Positions 32,416 to 42,834 of a stretch of DNA of 64,000 nt are shown here, one piece after another. Source of the stretch: an uncultured Nitrososphaeraceae archaeon (lineage in GTDB: Archaea; Thermoproteota; Nitrososphaeria; Nitrososphaerales; Nitrososphaeraceae); the NCBI GenBank assembly GCA_963779615.1, contig CAVZZA010000001.1, positions 96,001-160,000 of the forward strand, read 5' to 3'. The translations under genes and the position numbers were made by a program. The notes beneath the pieces were generated by a model. It made no database searches. It was not told the origin of the DNA and saw nothing but the letters and a program-made list of their open reading frames with translations. Position 1 is the stretch's first letter. Every line of letters begins with the position of its first letter.

Positions 32416-32646
32416 TTGGCTCTAGAAGTCCCTGATAGAGATCGAGAAAAACTTCAAAGGTTAAAAGAAAATCTTGATTGGTTTGAGTCAAACTACAAAA
32501 GCTTTGAAAAAGATTTCAAAAATCAATATGTCGCAGTTAAGGATAAAAGATTTTTGGATAACGACATTAGTCTTGACATACTGGTAAAAAGACTAAAATT
32601 AAAGAATTATAATGACTCAATTGCTATTGATTTTGTATACAATTGA
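32416..32646 (+). CDS. DUF5678-like small protein
   Basis: NLDWFESNY...FKNQYVAVKD pattern. Confidence 0.65.
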   Translation: MALEVPDRDREKLQRLKENLDWFESNYKSFEKDFKNQYVAVKDKRFLDNDISLDILVKRLKLKNYNDSIAIDFVYN

Positions 32647-33148
32647 AAAGAACCCTCCAACCACTTTGGTTTTTGTTTTATAGCAGCACATACGTTATGA
32701 GTTCATAAGGTTTACCGTTTTTTGTCATACGTAAATAGGTTGTAGTAGTTTTTGATTGAGAAAACGGAAACCTTTGTTATGTCAATCGAAAAGATTTGAT
32801 TGGATAAACCGGTTGGCTTATCCGCTGGTTGTTAAAACAACTAAAACCAACAGGCATGTTTGTTTTTGAAAATAAGTCAGTGTGATAAAAAATTTCTATT
32901 AAAACATGATAAAATAAAAAATAAAAAATATCGTAAAAATAAAATAAAAAAATTATTGACAAACAATTACAAGTTTCCTTGATTTTATTTATAGGATGTT
33001 ATCAATGAGAAGAAATTGGAAAAATTATTGACAAGGTTAAAGAAAAAGAAAAGGGTGATAAAGATGCAGTCGTAGATACAGCAAAAGCATTACCCTCTAT
33101 AGATATCCTGACCCAATGGATAAGATACATCTTTAAAATAAAGAACAA

Positions 33149-33673
33149 TTGGACAAGGATGTAACCATCTGTTGTTATTGTTCATCCAACACAATGCTTT
33201 TAGGGTTTACTGTTTGGCAATGCCTTAAGGGTAAAAATCCTAATGATGATCTCGTTGCTCTCTTTGCCCTCTTTGCACCATATTATCTGATATTGAAAAT
33301 AATTAGGGATGGAAAACTTGAGACTCATAGGCAAAATGGAAAAGCAATTATATCAATCAATGGGCAGATAAAAACAACCTTTAATTTGAATAAAGTAATT
33401 AAAATTTTAAGGGTTGGAATAAACGATAGTTTTATGATGGATAGCGAACGGGATGAGAGAAAAAGCCTAGATAGTTTTACACTAGATTATATCTATAACA
33501 AAATAATTGAGTTAGAACTAAAAAATATTGAAAACAAGAATATAGGCTACGAGTATAAAGATAGAGCTTATAGTGAAATCATACGCATAGTATCAGATTC
33601 AAAAATAGATAACAGAACAATAGATAACAGAACAATTCAGAAGCTAAAGAGAAGGAGAACCGATCTAAGCTGA
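33149..33673 (+). CDS. Hypothetical protein, possibly the 3' part of a frameshifted gene starting near 33005
   Basis: Long AT-rich ORF with a 15-bp tandem duplication (IDNRT twice). Confidence 0.4.
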   Translation: MDKDVTICCYCSSNTMLLGFTVWQCLKGKNPNDDLVALFALFAPYYLILKIIRDGKLETHRQNGKAIISINGQIKTTFNLNKVIKILRVGINDSFMMDSERDERKSLDSFTLDYIYNKIIELELKNIENKNIGYEYKDRAYSEIIRIVSDSKIDNRTIDNRTIQKLKRRRTDLS

Positions 33674-34045
33674 ATGTCTACAACACCATTTCGTTTTCTT
33701 CATCGTTTATTTATTATTCCAGTTACTAGAAATCAAATTAAGTCTATCGTCTTAGATAATGGCTCTGAGGTACTTTATCTGCCGTAGGACAGTCAACTGA
33801 AGAAGAAGTTAAGTTACATTCCTGTGTTTTTTTACGGTTAAGGTGCTTGTTGTTGGTGTTGGTGCTGTGCCATTTCCGGGTGCTGTTGATATCGATGTTG
33901 TTGATCCACCACGGAATTCGGTAAGGTCGATGGCTTCAACAAAGAAGAATCAGGCCTTACCGGATTTGGTAAGAAAGAAGATATTGCAAATTCTCCAAAA
34001 AACAATCCAGAACATGAAAAAATTTCATTATTGGAGAACAATAAA

Positions 34046-34053
34046 CTATATAA
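34046..34053 (+). promoter_or_regulatory. TATA box of the tRNA-Arg gene
   Basis: CTATATAA about 27-34 bp upstream of the tRNA 5' end. Confidence 0.55.
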
Positions 34054-34079
34054 CCGCAAAGAAAACAATCACCTAAAGA

Positions 34080-34154
34080 GGGTCCGTAGCGTAGTCAGGA
34101 TATCGCGGCGGTCTTCGGAACCGCAAACCGTGGGATCGAAGCCCATCGGGCCCG
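34080..34154 (+). tRNA. tRNA-Arg (anticodon TCG), intron-less, CCA not encoded
   Basis: Acceptor GGGTCCG/CGGGCCC, D arm GCG/CGC, anticodon stem GCGGT/ACCGC with loop CT-TCG-GA, T arm GTGGG-ATCGAAG-CCCAT, discriminator G. Confidence 0.93.
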
Positions 34155-34209
34155 TTACGATAATGGCTCTTTTAAATGGGTTCTACTAAAATATGGTGTA
34201 AAGAAAAAA

Positions 34210-34992
34210 GTGGTAGAATATAATAATCAAGAGCAAGATACTTGGTCGCTGTATTTGTATGCGATGAAATCGCCAGTGACAAGGGATAAGTACCAAAAAA
34301 GGTTAGAGAAATTCTTTGACTCTTTAGGTTTAGAAGGGATAACAATAGAGGAAAAAAGCAGAGTTTTTGTTAATATAGCAAAGAAAGAAGGCAATGGATG
34401 GATATTCAATCAGGTATTGAAATTTATGCAGTTTCAGTTAGAGAGAGCAAACAGAAAAGAGATAACTAGCTCAACCATCAGAAATTATTTAAAAAGCATA
34501 AAGTTATTTTGTGAAATGGCCGACTTTCAGATAGCATGGAAAAAGATTTCAAGGGGACTTCCAAGAGCAAAAAACTACTCGGATGACAGAATCCCAACGA
34601 TAGATGAAATAAGGAAACTATTGGAATATCCGGATAGAAGATTGAAGTCAATCATCTATACTATGGCTTCATCAGGCATTCGTCTTGGTGCGTGGGATTA
34701 TCTAAAATGGGGCCACATTCGCCCGATAGAGAAAGAAGGAGAGGTTATCGCCGCTAAGAGTATTGTTTATGCAGAAGAAGAAGACGAATATTTCTCGTTT
34801 ATATCAAAAGAATCGTTCCAATCTTTAAAAGATTGGATGAATTACAGAGAATTTTCTGGGGAGTTAATAGATGAAAACAGTTGGGTTATGCGAGACTTAT
34901 GGGACACTCAAGACATTCAAAGAAATGGAAAAGGAGTTATGGAGAAAAAACTTTGGTTTAATTTGCATTTAAAGAAAAAAGAAAAGGAATGA
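34210..34992 (+). pseudogene. Tyrosine recombinase/integrase, C-terminally truncated
   Basis: STIRNYLKSIKLF core-binding domain, PTIDEIRKLL, MASSGIRLG (box I Arg); no HxxR or catalytic Tyr, ORF runs into AT-rich sequence after ~34935; 55 bp downstream of the tRNA. Confidence 0.85.
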
Positions 34993-35016
34993 TTCTTTTC
35001 AACTTTCAGTTAGTTA

Positions 35017-35673
35017 TTATGGAACCAAACTTGAACATTCTGCAAATACGGTAAGCCTGTTTCCAATGGACGTTCCATTATATTTACCAGTAACCTCCCA
35101 TCCTGCATTTCCGGGTGTTGCGGAATCATCGAAAATAATAAAATCATCCACATCGAACTTGAATTCCCAGGTGTATCCACCACCAGTAGCCTTTTCTCCC
35201 GGATTGCATGAAGCGGTTGCAGTAATTATTTGTCCATTGCTGGTTACTGGAGCGCCCTCCCTTTCAATCACTTGAAGTGTTCGTGGAGGACCTGCAGGTC
35301 CCTGAATTCCTTGTGGTCCTGCTAATCCTCGCTCTCCATCAGCACCTGCTGATCCTGGAATCCCAGAGGTAGAAGCTGCAGTGTCAGAGGAAAGGGAGCT
35401 TGTATTGGTTGTGCTCTGGTCAATAAAACTGGTTGCTGTATTATCATTGCCCGTTAGCTGTTGTCCTTCGTTTGCCTGCCTGCAACCGTCAGACCTATTA
35501 CAGAGATTGTCCTTATTCATGTTTTGTTTGACATCCTGTTCTAAGTCTGAAGACTTGGGACTCGCATATGCCGACTGTTGTAATGGAGTAAGATTTGGCA
35601 ATAAAGCAAACAAGGATGCTAATGATATTGCCATAACGACTGTAATCGTTAAATGGCTTAAACTGTTATTCAA
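35017..35673 (-). CDS. Secreted protein with a Cys-pair N/Q-rich domain, collagen-like repeat and C-terminal beta domain
   Basis: Signal ending AYA; DNLCNRSDGCRQANEGQQ; 9 Gly-X-Y triplets; ASCNPGEKATGGGY...FAEC. Confidence 0.8.
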   Translation of the reverse strand: MNNSLSHLTITVVMAISLASLFALLPNLTPLQQSAYASPKSSDLEQDVKQNMNKDNLCNRSDGCRQANEGQQLTGNDNTATSFIDQSTTNTSSLSSDTAASTSGIPGSAGADGERGLAGPQGIQGPAGPPRTLQVIEREGAPVTSNGQIITATASCNPGEKATGGGYTWEFKFDVDDFIIFDDSATPGNAGWEVTGKYNGTSIGNRLTVFAECSSLVP

Positions 35674-36046
35674 TTCTAACAGTTAGGTTAAGTCAGTATA
35701 TCTGAAATATTCAGAAATGCTATTATACTTTTATAATCTTTTTACTTCGATAGAAAACTACTAGAGTACACAAATAAATTTTTACTAACGGATATTCCTA
35801 CAGCATTTAAGGCGGGACACTGATGCCCTGATTGTGCATGTCTATGACCAATTTTTCCTTTTGCTGTCTGTTTAGAATCATCTTTTTTACAGAAGATATG
35901 GATATACAGGTTGGTTTTTAATGGTGCAAGAAATCACCCCTTATTATAACTCCTTGTTACAAAATCAAGGGTACTACTACATGTGTTGTTTTTTGTGTTG
36001 TTTTTGATTAAGAACAACATGTTTTATTTTAATGTGCACAAAGCAA

Positions 36047-36340
36047 TTATTCCCTAAATTTTTTCCCGAATGTTGTCGAGATTATGGACGTTCCAGTAAA
36101 GGTGACGGTCCAGTATATCCATGGATTTCCACCATTCCCCCTGACAACAAAGCAGGGACCAAGGACCTGGCAGGGTTCATTGATGCTCCAGTTATAAGGC
36201 CAAAAAGAGTATGTCCAAGCAAATAAATCCTTCAATAACAATACCACCAAAACCCCTCAAGCCCTTTGTATATGCCACCACCAAAATTACAGCCACCAGT
36301 AAAGCAGAGGCATAAGACCTAATGATGAGTGGCAAGGCAA
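36047..36340 (-). pseudogene. Aquaporin (MIP family) C-terminal remnant
   Basis: ASALLVAVILVVAYTKGLRGFGGI...ITGASMNPARSLVPALLSG...WIYWT across frameshifts; second NPA motif; 5' end approximate. Confidence 0.8.
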
Positions 36341-36564
36341 GGTTTCCGGCTGCCCTAACTACATGGCATCAACCCGCAAATAATTCGAAAAATGCCCAAA
36401 GACTTTAGGTCATTGGCGCTGTCAAAGCGGCCTCAGAATAATTTTTGTCCAAAGACAAAGCCCTTATTGCTTAGGTGGCCGCCTAACTTTACTCCAAGAC
36501 TTTATGCTTGCAAAGACAGATGAAAGTACTGCATCTAAGGTTGTTTATAAGATAAGGTTGAATC

Positions 36565-36635
36565 AAGTTTGAAAGAAAGGTTATGGAGATTAGGGGTTTG
36601 CCTACAAAGGGTACGGCTATGTAAAAAATACGCTA
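36565..36635. repeat. 71-bp dispersed repeat, copy 1 (3' flank of the YVTN-repeat gene)
   Basis: AAGTTTGAAAGAAAGGTTATGG...TAAAAAATACGCTA resembles 42429-42499. Confidence 0.7.
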
Positions 36636-36980
36636 GGCGGGCCTTCCATAGGTGTTGGTTACTGTGCATGTGGCTGTTTGACCCCCACTATTTATTGTGC
36701 TATTGCACCCTTCCGAATATGTCGTTGTGAGGGGCACTATTACAGAGACTGTATTAGCATTATTGTTTGTTACATACATAAATCCATTAATATGATTAAA
36801 GGTGATTAAAGGCAATTCCAAATGGCCCTGGACCCACAGGAATGGTTCCCACAACCGTGTTTGTTGAGGGGTCCATCACGGAGACGGTATTACTACCAAA
36901 GTTCGTCACATACATATTCCCATTGTCAGGATTAAAAGCGATATACAATGGTTCGGAGTTCGCAGTTGAATCTAATCACA
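36633..36980 (-). pseudogene. YVTN/YncE beta-propeller surface protein, 3' remnant
   Basis: IAFNPDNGNMYVTNFGSNTVSVMD...IPVGPGPFGIAFN then MYVTNNNANTVSVI; frameshift caused by the 10-bp tandem duplication TGATTAAAGG at 36793-36812. Confidence 0.85.
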
Positions 36981-37352
36981 ATGTAGAAATATAAATCAAT
37001 TTCGAAAATAGGGCTCTTAACATAACACTAAATTCATACTTGAAGATATCCTATCTCCTTTGTGAATGCCAAAAATAGGACATCTTCATCAGGCTTTGTT
37101 GACTTTGGCTTAAATTTTATTTTTCAGGCCTTATCATTAAGAAGCAATATGGTTGACATATCAAAAGGAGAATTGTAAATACTTTCTTTTAGCCTATTAA
37201 CAACATCATGAAAATACAATTAGTGTTTGTACATGTAATAATATCAAGAAATGTTTTCTATTTAATATATTATTATACAGCTACCATATTACTTTCCTCA
37301 TAAAGACTTTGAATGTCAAATTTAACATATCAAATGAGTCCCACTCTAGTAG

Positions 37353-37383
37353 TGAAAATGCTACGGAAACCATCGGGCCTGTT
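37353..37383 (+). repeat. att-like site 1 (arm + tRNA-Arg 3' core)
   Basis: TGAAAATGC-TACG-GAAACCATCGGGCCTGTT. Confidence 0.8.
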
Positions 37384-37737
37384 GTAATTTTACTAATTTG
37401 TTAGGACGAAGCAAAATAAATGGTGAGAAAATAGTGGTTGGAAACATAACTAGAGCAATGAGCAGAGCCTAAAGGAAGGTGATGCGTATTCTTGGCATTT
37501 ATATGGAATAGGATCTCCTATAACCAGAGATACATGTCAGACCATTGAGGATTTTCTTTAATCATGTTCAATTGTTATCTAATGACTAAGCTATGGAAGT
37601 TCTTTGAAATTTATTTATAAAATGAGAGGATGATTGATTTGTTGCACAAAATACCAGATTTAGTAATCCTTCCTCTTCTACACTTATCACCTACTCCATT
37701 TCCCTTTTTCCTCACCATATGACAATTTTATTATGGG

Positions 37738-38602
37738 CTATAGAATTATATTTTTATAATTGTCAAACCTATTATGCTTTACAGCCTCATCCAATATGGT
37801 AAAGGAAACCTGCTCTGCCATTATCCGTAAGTTTCCCACCTCTTCCCTGTATGCATCAAGGGATGTATGATCTTTGTAACCCATATAGACTTCTTTAATT
37901 TTAAAGCCATTCATTAAAGTTTCAATTAGAAACCATACATCAATACCCCAGCCATCTGGTGTTTTATTTCGATTGGTATGGCTTAACAGTGTAGACCAGA
38001 CCTTCATATTTGCACATATTTCACCACTTAATGGTTGTTGAAAATGGGGCGCTTCTGGAAAAAATATTTCAAGCATGGGTTTTGCAATGAGTTTTGTTAC
38101 AGCTCCGTCTCTAGGGTGTCTATCGTAATAGCCTCTTGTCATATCATATCCTTCTTTAAGAATTGGTTCAACTAGCAAGTCGACCCATTCTCTAGAAAGG
38201 TTCCTGATATCTGAATCAAGAAAAAGAGCTAAATCATATTTATTGTTAGTTTTATTGTCATCTGCAATGTTATTTTTAATACTTTTATTGTTGTTTGAAT
38301 ACTTTTTAAATAACACCTCCTCTAAACCTGCCCGCATTGCAATCCCTTTACCAGGAAACTTTTTTACTGGTTGCTCTATTACAATTGTTTTCTCTAACCC
38401 TTTGGCTATTTTAACAGTATTGTCGGTAGAAAAACCATCCACAACAACAACATCAGGGTCATAACGGCTCTGCCTAACTCGGGTTATTGCACTTTCAATT
38501 GTGCTCTCGGAATTTTTTTGTACAAAAAATTATTACTAATTTGGTGTTGTCGTTATCGCTGCCATCAAAATCTTTTGTTGCTCTTTCTTCATTGTTTAAC
38601 AT
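37738..38602 (-). pseudogene. GT-A glycosyltransferase related to glucosyl-/mannosyl-(phospho)glycerate synthases, with one frameshift near the N-terminus
   Basis: MLNNEE...KLVIIFCTK / NSESTIE...VVVVDGFSTD, GKG, DSD, QPLSGE, GWGID; one extra A in the A7 run at 38513-38519. Confidence 0.8.
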
Positions 38603-38764
38603 ATTTTATTGCATGAAAAGCAGCTTGTTATAAGTTTCTGCCCTGACGATATGAAAATCCCGGTTTACACCAGTATTGCATATTGGCTAGGGGTTTAAAG
38701 TTTAAATGTTCAGCATGGTGTGGGGTCTTTTACTGAACTACATATTAAGCGGTTATCAACGTAC

Positions 38765-38852
38765 CTCATCAAAATGGTAAAAAATAGAATTCACCCCAAT
38801 GAAAACTTTTAATCTTATGAATTCAAAAATTTATAATATGAAGAATCAGTAA
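38765..38852 (+). pseudogene. 3'-terminal remnant of a GH5 glycoside hydrolase paralogous to 47680-48747
   Basis: LIKMVKNRIHPNENF...NMKNQ* versus LTKVVENRIHPNENF...NIKDQ*. Confidence 0.8.
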
Positions 38853-38975
38853 CATTTAAAGACGCTGCATAGATAAGTCCTATCTTATGGAACTAAAATA
38901 CAAATATGACTATCTTGAATAAAAGTTCAAAAGATTAATTGTTGTTAAGAATATAAGGAAGTCCTTAACCGGTAA

Positions 38976-39006
38976 TGAAAATGCATCCGAAACCATCAGA
39001 CCCATT
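38976..39006 (+). repeat. att-like site 2
   Basis: TGAAAATGC-ATCC-GAAACCATCAGACCCATT. Confidence 0.72.
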
Positions 39007-39086
39007 GTAATATTTACTATGAAAATATATAAAAGGAAAAAACATTCCAAATATTAGAATCCACATTAAAGGACTGATGTCGTCCT

Positions 39087-39106
39087 GAAGCCCATCAGGC
39101 CCGTTA
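39087..39106 (+). repeat. att-like site 3 (19/20 match to the tRNA-Arg 3' end, 34138-34157)
   Basis: GAAGCCCATCAGGCCCGTTA versus GAAGCCCATCGGGCCCGTTA. Confidence 0.88.
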
Positions 39107-40327
39107 ACCATACGACTTCAAATAATTGCTCATTTCCAATAACCATTGAAGGGAAAGGAAAGGGACACTATTGCCTGAAGTTAACAACAACCATCACAAA
39201 TATAGAGAAGAAGGCAAAGAATCAGGTGAACATACCACCCATAGATGAATGCTTTCATTATCTGACCACCACTATCGACACGTCAGAAAGCTACCAAAAT
39301 GGGCTGCTCAAGGTTGGTAAGACATCCGAAACAGCCTTGTTGTCTGCCTCCTTTCAGCAATTTATTGCTAACAGCATCCACTCCCATCATTAATGTTTCA
39401 TGTACACCGTCACCATAACCTTCTAACCATGTATACGCACGACGATATCTCCTGCTGCCTACTTGGGCTCTGGATGACCGCGGCGTGCGGCATCCACCAA
39501 TCACGAGCCTCGGTCGCCAAAGCAAAAGTGGATGGACACAATCCCCCCCTTTGAAGTGAGCAGACATCCTTCACCTTGGCACCCCTGAGGGAGGATGATC
39601 CGCTTTGGGGTTGCCCTTTAAACATTGCGGGCGTCATAAGCAGGAGATGCCTCTATGCGGTACCGCACCTTACAAAAAAATGGAGAACCCAGCCATTGCC
39701 AATCAAAATATTTATATATGAGCATATGAGGAGTTGTGTACTTTTATACACCAATCTTTAATGAATTATCCATAAGTATATCTATGTTGGCATTGCTTAT
39801 ATAGCGCAATACAGGGAATAAGGCAGGCATTTGCCAAAACCATTCGTTTGAGGATGGGGGTGTTTTCTGTTGCCACCCACATAGCCCTCCTCCCTAGGCT
39901 GACACAGCATGTTTGGGTTTTTGGTATGCGCATACCCACCATGGCAGCAACATATACCACCGCTGGTTTGGACTCATAAAACAGTTGTAGTTGTAAGCAT
40001 TGGTCTCCTGCAATGCACCATATGGACGATGCGGTGGCCGCGGATTTGCCTTACTGCTTTCCTCCCCACCTTGGTAAAACATGGTATTGGTGGTGGTGGT
40101 GTTGTTGGCTGCCATATTTGACTGGTATTCCCGTATTGTTATGCTGATGAGGCATAGGTGGGTGGCAAAAACGATGCAACCAAAGGATGTTGAGTAGCCT
40201 GTATCATTTTGGAGGCCTATTTCCGCAAAACATGATGGCATATATCCAACGACCAAAATTGATCCTTCATTCCTTCATCACCGAATGAGTATCAACGATG
40301 GATGGGTCTTGGACGTATCGCTTGTTG

Positions 40328-40758
40328 TTATCTTGACGACCCTGCCCGATATTGCTCATCGCTGACCTTTTCCATCCAGTCGACGGTCTTCTTGCGATCG
40401 GTCTGCTCCTGAATGACGACATGGGTCATGGCCGTGGTGAGCCGTGGTGGTCACCGTGGCACCATGCCAATGCTTTTCACCAGGCGGTATCCAGCCACGT
40501 CGCCCGGACGAATTTCCTCGACCAGGCCACCACCCCACACCAGCGCTGTGCCAGAGCGCAACTAGCCGTCATGATTATGGGTCTTCCCCAGCGGATGGGT
40601 GTGCCATGCGGTGCTGGCTCCGGGCTCAAGCGTGACGCTGGCGCCGACCATCCGCATTTGGTCGTTTGCCTGGAACAGGGGTCGATTCTCACTGTGCCGG
40701 CGAAATACTGCTCCGGCCCTTTGGTGAAAGGCTTTGAGCCGCCTCGCTCGATGTCCAT
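40328..40758 (-). pseudogene. Cupin-domain protein, frameshifted
   Basis: KGPEQYFAGTVRIDP, FQANDQ...VTLEPGASTAWHTHPLG, KHWHGAT, VDWMEKVSDEQY in different frames. Confidence 0.85.
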
Positions 40759-40767
40759 TTTTCACCA

Positions 40768-41889
40768 TCAGGCCTTCAGAGAAGCCATGTCAATGGAGAA
40801 GCGATACTTTACATCCGCACGGGACAGTCTCTCGTAGGCCTCGTTGACCTTCTGGATTGGGATGGTTTCCACGTCGGCAGTGATGTTGTGTTTGCCGCAA
40901 AAGTCAAGCATCTCCTGCGTTTCGGCAATACCCCCGATGAGCGAGCCAGAGAGGCTGCGACGCTTGAACAGAAGGCCAAAGGCCGAGACGGCATAGGGCT
41001 TGTCCGGTGCGCCGACGAGGGTGAGGTTGCCGTCGGGGCGGAGCAGTTGTATGTATGCGTTAATGTCGTGCTCGGCGGAGACGGCGTCGAGGATAAAGTC
41101 GAAGCTGCCTGCATGCTTGCTCATCTCATCAGCGTTTCGCGAAATGACCACGTCGTCCGCTCCGAGGCGAAGCGCGTCCTCCTTCTTGCTGGGTGAGGTG
41201 GTAAAGACCACGACATGGGCCCCAAGCGCATGAGCAAACTTTACCGCCATATGACCCAGGCCGCCAAGACCCACCACACCGACCTTTTTGCCTTTGGTGA
41301 CGCCCCAATGCCTCATGGGCGAGTATGTTGTGATTCCGGCGCACAAGAGCGGCGCGGCTCCGGCGAGATTCAGGTTGGGGGGAATGCGCAGGACAAAGTG
41401 CTCCTTGACTACAATGCTGTCGGAATAGCCGCCATATGTGACGCCCCCAAGGTGCGCGTCTGGAGAGTTGTAGGTGAGGGTCATGTGCGGGCAGAACTGC
41501 TCGAGACCGTCCTGGCACTCGGGGCAGTTACCGTCGGAGTCAACCAGGCAGCCGACTGCGGCAGGGTCTCCGGGCTTGAACCTGGTGACTGCGGAGCCTA
41601 CCCTGGTGACACGGCCGACGATCTCATGTCCGGGAACGCATGGATAGACAGTGGGCATTTCGCTCCACTCGTTGCGGACTTGGTGGAGGTCGGAGTGGCA
41701 TATACCGCAGAAAAGGATTTCTACCTGAACATCGTGTTCGCTCGGATCACGCCGTGGGATTGTGGTGGGGGCAAGCGGCGATTTTGCGCCCGCAGCAGCG
41801 TAAGCCTTCGCTTTGTACTGGCCACGTGACTCAGGGCTAAATTGCGCTGTTGACATGACGGTATCATTGCGGGGATGGTATAAAGGCAT
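40768..41889 (-). CDS. Zn-dependent NAD(P) alcohol/aldehyde dehydrogenase (cinnamyl-ADH/YahK-like)
   Basis: CGICHSD, PGHEIVG, APLLCAGITTYSP, GLGGLGH, DVKYRF; GC-rich. Confidence 0.95.
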   Translation of the reverse strand: MPLYHPRNDTVMSTAQFSPESRGQYKAKAYAAAGAKSPLAPTTIPRRDPSEHDVQVEILFCGICHSDLHQVRNEWSEMPTVYPCVPGHEIVGRVTRVGSAVTRFKPGDPAAVGCLVDSDGNCPECQDGLEQFCPHMTLTYNSPDAHLGGVTYGGYSDSIVVKEHFVLRIPPNLNLAGAAPLLCAGITTYSPMRHWGVTKGKKVGVVGLGGLGHMAVKFAHALGAHVVVFTTSPSKKEDALRLGADDVVISRNADEMSKHAGSFDFILDAVSAEHDINAYIQLLRPDGNLTLVGAPDKPYAVSAFGLLFKRRSLSGSLIGGIAETQEMLDFCGKHNITADVETIPIQKVNEAYERLSRADVKYRFSIDMASLKA

Positions 41890-41929
41890 TTAGCCAAATA
41901 AGCCACTTCTCCCCTCTTGTCAATGACGG

Positions 41930-42388
41930 AAAGCCGGCAGACATTTTCCCCAAACAAGGGGAACGGCAACAGAGTTGGAAGGGCAGCTCCCCCCGTGGCT
42001 GCGCAATTACCAGTGGCACTCACTGAGCACAGGGGCTCTGTCTTTGCTGCGGGACATCAAATGCTTGACTTTTATGCCAAGGTTCCTTTCTATGCCAACA
42101 TGTTCTCCAATGCGGGTTTGCCGTCAACATCCGATCAGCAGGCGGTGTCTGATGATCTTGTGGGGTTTGGTTATCTCCGGAAATGAGGCAACAGTGGCCG
42201 CGCGGTTTACCGAACTCCTGAATGCAGGCCTAAATGATCTAACGGTGACCCTAGGTCCCACTGCAGATGCGGTTGATGACGATGAACAGGCACGACTAAC
42301 GCATTCAATCGGTCGGTACAAGGTTGCGAGATCAGTAATCGTAGATCATAACCTGGACTCAAAGTCGGCTCTGGCAGAAGAAAGGTGA
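41930..42388 (+). pseudogene. C-terminal remnant of an LLM-class (F420/flavin) oxidoreductase
   Basis: RAAPPVAAQLPVAL, FYAKVPFYANMFSNAG, LVISGNEATVAARFTELLNAG split by a frameshift; no N-terminus. Confidence 0.65.
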
Positions 42389-42428
42389 AGCACCTCTCTT
42401 TTTAGTTGTGTCAAGATGATGCCGAGCA

Positions 42429-42499
42429 AAGTTTGAATGAAAGGTTATGGGGTTTATGGTTTATCTGCAACGGGGTATAACTACCTAAAAAATATGCTA
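42429..42499. repeat. 71-bp dispersed repeat, copy 2
   Basis: AAGTTTGAATGAAAGGTTATGG...TAAAAAATATGCTA; marks the right edge of the GC-rich block. Confidence 0.7.
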
Positions 42500-42834
42500 A
42501 AAATAGTATACATAGCAGTTGCCATAATGCATGGAATTTACAATTTCCACATAACAATTACAAAAAAATGATTGTAGTTTAGAATGAATTAATCAATATG
42601 GATCAATATATCCATCCACTAATCGATAAAAAATTGAAATCTTGTAAAATACAATCTGAGGAAAAATAAAATTAACTTTGATAAGAATATCAAACAGCAC
42701 TATCCACGTATTACTCTATTTTAATAATTCCTTCGATTTCATATTGCTCTGCTAAACAAGACACCGGTGCATAATCAATATCCGTAATATATTTTTAAAA
42801 AAAATGAGAATAGTTGTTGTCCTGTAATCATTTC

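Noticed and set aside
33838-34076. Short ORFs and a CTTACC-N6-GGTAAG inverted repeat upstream of the tRNA
   Set aside because: The ORFs are low-complexity and contradict each other; a single 6-bp inverted repeat is expected by chance, and a link to the HxlR motif 10 kb away is unsupported.
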